The translations under genes and the position numbers were made by a program. Below the pieces are notes generated by a model that saw only the letters and a program-made list of their open reading frames with translations, was not told the DNA's origin and searched no databases. A stretch of DNA of 44,774 bases, the filler included, from Catajapyx aquilonaris (Eukaryota): assembly GCA_000934665.2 (NCBI GenBank). It is 2 parts of 2 records of this genome, joined end to end, with 100 filler letters (N's around TTAATTAATTAA, not from the genome) between each part and the next. Parts side by side here need not be neighbours in the genome. Positions count along the whole stretch, not along the records: positions 22,654 to 44,774 come from KZ539438.1; 1 more part is not named here. One strand, written 5' to 3'. Shown here piece after piece: positions 35,659 through 44,774 of this stretch (positions are counted from its first letter, which is position 1; each line of letters starts with the position of its first letter).

Positions 35659-36661
35659 GTTAGTCTGTATTTTGTTTTGCCCACCACAAAAATTAATTAT
35701 GAAAAAGGATTCTTCTACCAGAGGTTTTTAAGTGTACTTTTAAAATCTCAACTATTCCATTTCTGTGGATATTGATTTTTGGTTGAAATGGAATTCACAA
35801 TGAACCGGCAAGTCGGGATTTTCTGTATTTACTGGCATGTACAAAAGACCTAGGTTGCTGTTGATAATTTCAAAACTGGGTTATTGGACTTAATGGATTT
35901 GTATGCCCTTATGAGCTAATATCATGTGTTATAGATTTTTATGATTAAATGATTGTAGCCTAGGTTGATTTATGTGCTTGAGAAAATGAGTAGTGAAAGA
36001 GAGCGTCATACAGTTGTGGAAATTGATTTTGAAATTTTTTCTATTTTCAGGCAGTATGAAGGAATGGACATGTGAAATGGAGAGAAACAGTTTGTTTGGT
36101 ATGATTTGATATATTGTTTGAACTGAGCAAATGTGGCTGAGGCCTTGCAGGGGATGGGGTAGGAAAGAACTCATTTGTGGCTAATATATTGCAGGGTTCT
36201 TGGACAGAACAAGAGAAAACCTAAAAGCACCCACGCATTCATGGAAACACCATACTACAACTCAACCCCTCCACACAAGATAATCCTCGGGCAACCAGGA
36301 ATTGAATTCAAACCTTCACCACTCCTGAAGTGCCCCATCATGTTTCCCAGTGAGGAATGGTATAAATATAAGCAAATGTCATTTACTCTGTTTTTATATG
36401 TCGATGACAAATATACCATATAAGAATAGTCATAATCACCATAAGCAGTAGCGCAGTGTTGTTTTACCCAGTGATGTTTTATCCACCACTCCCTAGTTAC
36501 ATTCAGATTGATTGGCCCAATCTGATCTGGGCTTGTGATTGGCCCGCACCTTGTGCATCCTGTCCTGGAAATAGCAATTTTTTGCTATGAAACACCTTTA
36601 TGTCCCTCCCCTGTCTGCCCACCAGCCCATGGACACTTATACTACATTCTGGCGTTATCAG

Positions 36662-36953
36662 CTGCCGAGGCATTTTGCAGCGGGTGCTCGCCGGAGAGCT
36701 CCAGGAGTCATATCGGAGGCCACGATAAGTAGCGACCCTACCGGACTATAGGCTGAACTTTATAGGTAAGAAAGGGGAGGGCTACATACTGGCCCAACAT
36801 GGCCGCCGGCGGCCATGTTGGGCCCCCCAATGTAGCCCTCCCCTTCGTATCTATAAAGTTCAGCCTATAGTCCGGTAGGGTCGCCACTTATCGTGGCCTC
36901 GAAATGTCTCATGGCGCTCTCAGGTGAGCGCCCGATGCAAAACGCCCCGGCAG
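36662..36953. mobile_element. Spacer-less GC-rich palindromic element
   Basis: ~145-bp inverted arms centred at 36807/36808; perfect 34-bp core at 36791-36824. Confidence 0.8.
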
Positions 36954-38848
36954 GGGGCGGGTGGGAGTGACCAGACCTTACTTATATGACCGTGCTGCCC
37001 ACCAAGCCACTTAACCCTCGTTCATCAGGGTAGGAAGACATCCATGCTCTGGAAAGACATTGTCATGCTATATTGTGTATACAAATAATTTTTAAATGCC
37101 ATGATTTTGTGATGCATAGAATAAGAATAACGTTTTTATGTATGTGAACATAATCTGTGAAAAATAATTGGAATTGTAAGAATTTTGCAGTGGAAACTGG
37201 AATTTTATGCTTCATAATTCTGCACAGAACATTGCATAGATGTTATTCACATTCTGTTGAGTTTGTATTCAGATGTGCAATTTTAAAGGGGGCGCTGAAG
37301 TTAAAACTTCTGAAGTAATGTTGTACAACCTCATTCCCGTAAATGTGAAGGACCAAAAAAAAGGATGGATTGTTACAACTGTGCCTGCTATTTCTTGGAA
37401 TGGTCAACCTTTTTATGGGTCTCAAATATTATTGCAGAGACGTGAGTAGCAAATGCCAGAAACATTTCCTGTGATGTAATCAAAAACATCTCCAGTACAA
37501 TGGAGGGAGAGAAAATTCTGTTGTGAGGTGAAGGCTGAAAGTTGTAAAGATGTCATACATTATTGCATGATGTAGCAGTCTTGGGGAAATGACCTGAAAT
37601 GTGGGAGCGTATTATTAAATAGAGTATACTTTAAAATTTCATGCAACAAGTCACCGGTTGTTTGGAGAAATAGCTCAAGCAAGGAAAGTGCAGCCATGTG
37701 ATTATTGTTACAAACCCAGATAATTTGGCTTCCTTCCTCCCACTATGTGCTCTTTACAGTGCAACCCCTTTGTAACCAATGAGACTAACACTTCCCTCCC
37801 ATGCAGACACGAGTGCATGCCAAAGATTATTGCTACAGTATAATGCAACCAGCCCCTCCTAGTAGTTGGCACAACAGTACAAATGTTACATATTCAGTCA
37901 GATTTGGAGACAAGCACCTGATCTTTTATTGTTTTTGGTTGTGTGTATTCTCTAACTGATGTGCTGCAAGAAGCATGCAACATGAATCTCATTGGTGCTT
38001 CTGATCTTGCAACTCAAGAAGTCAAAAAATTCATTGATGAGGAATATAATTAAGGGGTGTGGTGTGGGGGATGATTTGTTTGATTGGGTAGGAGTCAAAG
38101 CAATTATGGCAATGTGACTGGTAGAAAATACAAAGGTGGGAAAGACAGAGACAGAAGCGAAGAGAAAAAGGAAAGAGTGGTATCTATCTTTGTCTGTCTC
38201 ATTAACAATAACTGTGGTTTCAGGCTCACTTTAATTGGAGTCACGTTCATGACTCATACTAGGTTGACGTCCACATACTTACGTAAGTCATTTTCTTAAT
38301 TCCCCCCAGAACTAAGGAGTTTTGAAGCAGCTCCCTTTGGTAAACACAAAGTAGCAGACTGTAACAAGTAAAAATACCCTTACATAATTATGCTGTACCA
38401 GTACCGACAAAGCATGACCTGGAGGTGATCAAAATTGCAATTATTGCTGGATAGATCACATCATTCTCTCCTATTTCAGTAAGGCCAGTTTGCAAAATTG
38501 ACCATCCAAATGGAATGAACCATATGAAGTTCATATGTGTCCCAGTTTGTTTTTTATTACCTGTACATGTCGAAGCACTCGTATTTTAAGAATATTAGTT
38601 TGAGGTGATGTCCATCCATTGTTAGTAGTTATATTTTAACATGTTTGGTTGTCATGTGTTTTCGTGCCTGTAGTCCACTTTAGTTAGGTATGAAAATAGT
38701 GTACTTTTTTTCTTTTTCTTTTGAGAAAGGTGTCAAGCAGTGGAATTGGAATATGCTTATGGCAGGTTTCTTCAGTGTTTTAGAACCAGTAGTTACTTTT
38801 GTCATTAAAGGCACCTGCAGCTGCTGAGAGGGTATATTGATGTTTGTG

Positions 38849-39113
38849 GGGCGACACGGTGGCGGAGTGGTTAGTGCCGCAGCCTTCCACCTCTAAGGTC
38901 CCGAGTTCGACCCCCGTGTCGGACGGAGGGTACTTATGTGGATAGAGATTCAATGGGTTCTCTCCGTGTTCGCGTGGGTTTTCTCGGGGTACTTCTGTTT
39001 CCTTCCGCAATCAAAATCCATCACAGCGCAGGCAATGATTAATGATGGTTATTCAAAAGATGAACCCCTAAGAGGCCCAAGGAGGTCTATCACCATGTAT
39101 CCATAATTATTAT
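38849..39113 (+). mobile_element. tRNA-derived SINE with V-domain-like core
   Basis: A box TGGCGGAGTGG, B box GAGTTCGACCC, core GTTCTCTCCGTGTTCGCGTGGGTTTTCTC.GGGTACT...GTTTCC, (ATT)n tail; 16-bp TSD TATATTGATGTTTGTG. Confidence 0.9.
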
Positions 39114-39550
39114 TATATTGATGTTTGTGTTACTGTGCATACACATGAATGTAATTCAGTATTTTTGTTCATGCATCACATTCAAAAAAAACACTAATAA
39201 AAAAAGGGGGCATAAACCTATCGGAAATTATTGATATGGATACTCTTTCAACACTGAAATGCAGAGATCCTGATAGCAGTAGGCTACTTAGTGGAATCAG
39301 GTAGGGAGTGTTTTTCATGGCACATTCATGAATGTCATCACAGCTCCATGTGTACTCGTCGTGAAACACTTCCACATGTGCTCATCAGACTGCAGGAGGC
39401 AAAGGAGGACTGGGTCCTTTAGAAGCAGCATAATATTGCACTTGTATGTAATCCACTACAAGATACAGGAGAAAGCATTCATGGCTTCATGTCTGAAAAG
39501 GGAAGCAAGATGGCAGCTGAGTCGTTAAATATTGTATGGTGCTCTTGGTA

Positions 39551-39798
39551 TGGTGTAATTTTCGTCTCGCTGCTAGTTACTGCTTTAGCAGTACCAGTTG
39601 GCAACGGTACTGCTAAGTTAACAGTAACTTAACAGTGGAACTAAAATACAACCTGTAGTCATTATGTTCTCAAGAAATGTTGAAAACATATCGGGTGGAA
39701 TTTTTGTCCCAATGCCAGTTGCTGCTAACTTAACAGTGCGATAGCCAATACTGGTAGTAACCTACTGCTAACTTCGCAGTGGAACGAAAATTCCACCC
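39551..39798. mobile_element. Two adjacent short MITE-like copies (~105 bp each)
   Basis: GGGTGGAATTTTTGTCCCA / TGGAACGAAAATTCCACCC at 39693-39798; related decayed unit at 39551-39655. Confidence 0.5.
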
Positions 39799-39839
39799 AA
39801 AGCTGAGGAAGCTGGAGTAAAGTGTAATAATTTATTCAA

Positions 39840-40440
39840 AGAGAGCGCGGTCATTGTGACGTCACGAACTCACGTTTCCGTTAGCCGCGACATCTCTATT
39901 CGTGCTCTTCGCGCCCTAAAAATATGTCCTGAATTTTTGCAGGTAACCTTTTTGTGCCCCTTTTTGAGTTATACTGGCCTCGTAAGCTGTAAAATTCAAT
40001 AACAGCTGACATTTCGGCACCCTCACTCTAGACATCCCAGTGAAAGCAGGTGAAAGGGCCATGGAAACGCGCCCTCCTTTTCATTTCCTTGAAGGATTGA
40101 CGTAGATCGTGACGTAGGTGGTGGAGTGACGTCACTTAAATTCTGGGAAATGTGGTCGGCCTTATTTCGAGCGAGCGCCGCGGATCATTCATCCCTGAGC
40201 CATACCAACAGGTCCTTGTGCCAGTTTAGACTGCCGCTACTGGTAGACCCGCCGCGGTTCATCCAGCTGTCCACATCGGCGAATAATAAGGGAAGAGGAC
40301 TGAAGACACCTCCAGCCGTTGCCTCCGAGTGATGCTGACTGGCTTCATCTCTACTGCAGCTCTCCTGCTCTGCTTGTCTCCACCGGTTCACAGCTACAGA
40401 TATTGTGAGTTCACCTTGCAAGACGACGTACGTGCTGGGG
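39840..40440 (+). promoter_or_regulatory. CpG-rich promoter/first-exon region with CRE/ATF sites
   Basis: Local CpG enrichment in CpG-poor surroundings; TGACGTCA at 39857-39864 and 40127-40134; TGACGTAG at 40098 and 40110; directly precedes ATG 40332. Confidence 0.6.
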
Positions 40441-43400
40441 GAGTCTAATCAGGGTTGTGTACTGGTTGTGTTACGGGGTTTTGCAGGGCCATAGCCTTCC
40501 ACTTCTGAGGTCCCGAGTTCGATCCATGGGTCGGACGGGACCGGACGGGACACATGTGGAAGAGTTTCGATGGGTTCTCGCTGTGTCTGCGTGGGTTTTC
40601 TCAGGTTTCTCCTGTTTCCTCCCACTACCAAAAACTCACCACATGAATGCCAGATAGCCTTAGTTGCTTAGGCACAACCAACAAACCAAACCATTGTCAG
40701 CTGATAAAGAAAAACACCCCTTTCCTGCACTGTTAGGGTCCAGTTGCACCGGCTCCAGCAAGGTTTTCATGGGGTTGTGCAACCGACATACCATCCGCTA
40801 AAACTATGTAGTGTGAAATAATATAACTGTGCCTGTGTTTGCATCAGTACATGGGCTTCAAGGCACAACTTCTCAATCAATTCTTGCCTACTGTCACCTA
40901 GTGATGTGTACGTACATTATATGCAGTAACATGTCAGTTATTGACACAACAAACTCACATTACATATAGCCACTGAGCATATACAGTTCCAGTGTGATAT
41001 TTTCTACCTGCCATTATATTACCGTTATTATACCTCTCATAAAGCTGCATGCTGGTGTTGTCAAGGTCGACCAGATTTTAGAAATGCATGATCTGGTGGC
41101 TATACCGGCATGCCGGTATAAGGCAAGGTATGCCAGTATAAGGTGAGGTTTTCACATAAGTTACATTATCCTTTCTGAACTTCACATAATTTGCCTGAAA
41201 ATCGAAATTCACATAAAGGATATTGAAAAGGAACCGAAGCAGTTTGGTGGAGTGAATAAGGTGTTCGACTGCTAATCGGGAGGTCCTGGGTTCGAGTCCT
41301 GGGGCCGGCAATCCTAACCGTGGTTTTCTGTGGTTTCCCATGGTCCCCCCAGGAGAATTCCGGGATTGCTTCCTAAGTAATTAGGCCACAGACACTTCCT
41401 TCCGTCCCTATCCTATCCCAAAACATAAAATGAAAGCAAAGAGTTCCAGTCAAAAAACCAAAATTGCGATGAACTCCCCCCTAAAGAGCCGCCGGCTGAT
41501 AACGGGGTATGAATTATTATTATTATTATATTGAAAAGGCACATTTTCCGAACCATATATCCATACCATATATTGTTTTCAATTGCAGTGTCTGGTAATA
41601 ATCTCTAGATGTAAACAGTATGTTGGAGCAGGAGGTTCCCCTGTCAAAGCAGACTGATGATGGGTTTGGTCACACACTCTACATTTTTTATATGCACTGT
41701 GCAACAGAACCTGCATATTGTCACAGCCTGTACACTCCCCCATTTTCATTGTAATGTTATTTTAGTATGGTACCAGAAGCATTCCAAAAAATTTGGCAAG
41801 GATATAAATTATGGAAATCTACCTCGGTTATTGCAGTGTGCTGGTCGACCTCGTTTTATACCGACATGCGGCTTTATGAGAGGTAATAGTATTATTGTTG
41901 GTGTTGTTGTGTGAGCCAATTGAGGAGTTAATTGCCTAATTATTGAGCTCTCTTTAAGACTCCTCGATGTAATCTATCCATGAAATCCACCCCTGAATGA
42001 CAGCTTTGTTTTTAGCACAAAGCGTTTTGTACTGCCATTAAGTTACATTGTATTTTCATGATGCATTTCAGACACTCTCAGCAGTCATGAGTACAAAGCG
42101 TGTGACCCTCAAGAAGGTGAAGTTACATTACCATTGGACTCACACCTTATCCATGGGAGTTACATGAAGTACAAGATGGTGATCACCCCGCAAGAGACTG
42201 AGAGACCCATGTGCACATTCAAAGTGAAGCCTCCAACTGGCTATGGAGTGTTGGCAACATTGCAGTGGATGTCACTTGCATCTGATAAAAATGGTACCTG
42301 CCTAGATTTTGTTCAGGTAGGTTGCATGATTAAATGAAAGTTCAAAGTTGTAAATTGTTGCATTTATAAGCTTGCACTCAACTAACATATGGTATCTTAT
42401 AACAAGATAATAAAGTTGCGTTCACAGGCTCATGAAAGCCAGTGCTTTCAAGTGCATTCCAAGACATTTTAGCATGGTTGAGAAGTCAGCAGCTAAATGA
42501 AGTGCAAAAATTGGCTTTTGACAAGTTTGTGAACACACCTTTATGCTTGGCCAGAAAAAATCAATCAGCTCTGCTAACTGCATTTAAACTAACTAGATTG
42601 CCAGTTATTAGCCACCTATAATGTGAGACTCTTTCAAAATGTGAGAAGATTGTATATGGAGACTTATCATTAATTGGTAAAGGCTGATCATTTTAAATAG
42701 GGGCATGTAATGACTTAAATCGCAACATGGCATCCTCTCCAGAGAATTGTTCAACAACTTCATATAAGGTGATTTTTCTAACCTGAGTGTCATGTCACAT
42801 GAAGCTGTGTGTTGCTATGTAGTGTATAGATATTTCAATTTCACTTGCGTTTTTTATAAGTCGCTCAAGATCAATACCTCACGAATGCCTCCTCTTTGAC
42901 AACTGTCCCTCTGTTCATTCCTCTGCAATGCTACAGATTTAAGACTTGTCCCAGTGCATCAATACAGAAATGGGCACTGTGAGACAGTTGCAGCTGTGTG
43001 GCCTGTGAAGAACACCATAACATATTGGATTGAATCATTAATAAATCATGATGAGCGAATGCATGCATCTAACATCTTGATCACATGGTGTGTATATACT
43101 GTATATTTTAATCATATTTAAGAGTAATTTTGTCAATCATGAAATTGCTGTAGTAATATTATAACTAGAAGAGGTGATGTTTTGCTGCTGCTGTTGTTGA
43201 TATCATTATTATAATATTATTGTTACTGTTCCAGTTTTTAGATGGGCCTAAAATCATAAGCAAGCCACTCTGTGGAGACAATAAAATTGGGTCAGTGTCT
43301 GGAGACTACCCGTGGTGGGCTAACACATTCAACACACCTGGAACCATGAAAGTAAACTTGATGTCACTGGGAATGGCTTCACATGGACAGAAACGTCGAC

Positions 43401-44572
43401 TTTTTCATGTTGAGATTGTCTTTGTGGCATATAAAGGTAAAATTTTCTGTACCTGAATATTATTAGTGGAAAACCATATTGACCCCTCGTTTTAATGTGC
43501 AACAAAAAATTGATTATGCATGACAAAATGTACAGTAATTCAGAAAGCATGTTTCACCTCCAGAATGAGAGGGCATATCTCAAGTCAGAACTTTCTCCAG
43601 GATTTTGGGAATTGCAGTGGATTGTGACCAAAATATTAGGCAATTGGTCCTTGATTTTTCCTGTTAAAATAAGTAAGAATGTAGGGTGTGAGCAAGAAAC
43701 CAAGTGACAAAGAAATAGTCTCATTGGCGAGAGCAGGAGTGAATAACATGTTATTCACTCCTGGCGAGAGTGATTGACATAGGCATACAAAATCTGACAC
43801 TACAGTTAGGAAATTGCTGTGATTGACATACTGTGTGTGCCCAGTATCAGGTAGAGGTTAGCACCATCACCTGGCTACATATAATTTTATAGACAATTTT
43901 TGAAATATTTTGTAAGACTAGATGGTACAGTTATTGTCCATCCTCTTTATTTTCAGAGTTTGTAGACACTGATTTAACAAACATGGAGTCGGAAATATTA
44001 TTTAAAAACAAACAAAACATTAATTTCATAAAAGCAAAACTTGAATTTGCTGCACTCCGAGGACCACAATTCAGTAAAACAACTATTTTCACAGTATTTA
44101 CATTATTTTGTTATTTAAGTGATGTAGAGGTGATTTAAAGTATATGAGATGATGTTCATAGGTTATGTGCATATTATGTAGTACATCATACATGTGAGCA
44201 TCTGCAGAAGGTCCTGGAACCAATCCCTCATGGATATGGAGGGCTGACAGTGCTTACTTTTGGATTGTGGTAATACCCAGTGTACTTCCACATACTAGTA
44301 CATGTTAATACTGTAGTCAGTTTTCTGTTGTACAGTAAAGTCAGGGCTTTGTTATCATGTTCCAATGGTAGGAGACTATATCAAATTGTTAATATTAACC
44401 AATTTTTTTGTATTCACAGAATGCACAAATTACCTTGGTAATGATTGGCAGCGCTGCTTTGGAACTGATCTGTGCCTCAGAAGCAGTATGTTCTGTGATG
44501 GAATTGTGAGTTGCCCTGGAACTCATTCTGGTCCCACTGATGAATTCTTATGTGGGCCCTCCAATTCACCAG
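40332..44572 (+). CDS. Secreted or membrane protein with signal peptide, CUB-like domain and LDL-receptor class A repeat; 3'-incomplete
   Basis: Exons 40332-40404 (MLTGFISTAALLLCLSPPVHS signal peptide), 42072-42316 (C..F.V.PP.GYGV.ATLQWMSL...CLDFVQ), 43235-43436 (PLCG...IVFVAYK) and 44420-44572 (C..C.....C.....FCDGIVSC.......DE..C). GT-AG introns with compatible phases 1, 0, 1, 1. Confidence 0.85.
40488..40692 (+). mobile_element. 5'-truncated V-domain-like SINE (same family as 38849)
   Basis: Shares AGCCTTCCAC.TCT.AGGTCCCGAGTTCGA.CC and the GCGTGGGTTTTCTC core. Confidence 0.8.
41232..41527 (+). mobile_element. tRNA-derived SINE (different body)
   Basis: B box GGTTCGAGTCC, body GGTTTTCTGTGGTTTCCC..CAGGAGAATTCCGGGAT..AGGCCAC, (ATT)n tail; 12-bp TSD ATATTGAAAAGG. 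Confidence 0.85.
43734..43763. mobile_element. 30-bp perfect palindrome with 7-bp TSD (P-superfamily-like footprint)
   Basis: CAGGAGTGAATAACATGTTATTCACTCCTG flanked by GCGAGAG at 43727-43733 and 43764-43770. Confidence 0.7.
43928..44250 (+). mobile_element. Tigger3/Golem (pogo)-like MITE, decayed
   Basis: Blocks AAAGCAAAACTTGAATTTGC, ACAACTATTT..ATTTACATT, TAGAG.TGATTTAAAGTATA, TAGGTTAT.TGCA and GGTCCTGGAACCAATCCC recall the Tigger3/MER2-group consensus (from memory). Confidence 0.65.
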
Positions 44573-44774
44573 GTAAGAAAAGTAACTTATGACCAATACA
44601 CTATGTTAGCTGATGAGGCAGGATGTCACCTTCTTCATTGATTGATTTGTTTCTCCTTTTGCTGCTGTTAGTATTACCAAGAGTAAATAATTCAGAGTGA
44701 CTGACTTGTGTGACCATCCTTTTGACGCGATGGAATTGAGCATACTCGTTGCCTCCTGGCGGGAGAGGGAGAAC

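Overview
This is animal genomic DNA, probably from an invertebrate and possibly an arthropod: it has GT-AG introns, tRNA-derived SINEs and many MITEs, and no prokaryotic features. Bases 1-22.5 kb are gene-free, CpG-rich and dense in transposon remnants (Tc1/mariner, piggyBac, Helitron and Sola MITEs, SINEs, a LINE remnant, minisatellites). At 22554-22653 an artificial-looking 100-bp spacer (44 N, TTAATTAATTAA, 44 N) means the two sides may not be contiguous. Bases 23.3-35.7 kb hold an intact + strand gene of 14 coding exons (possibly 15) encoding a DNMT3-family protein of about 1272 aa: PWWP, a ~660-aa disordered linker, ADD zinc finger and a C5-methyltransferase fold. The main finding is that its catalytic motifs are systematically degraded (PC->PY, ENV->ECM, RxR->FGR, GRSW->RRAS) while the reading frame and chromatin-reader domains are kept. 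This suggests a catalytically dead, DNMT3L-like pseudoenzyme that retains PWWP. From 40.3 kb to the end is the 5' part of a signal peptide-CUB-LDLa gene, preceded by a CpG-rich promoter with CRE sites. Exon models and alignments were made by hand against remembered reference sequences and need computational confirmation.
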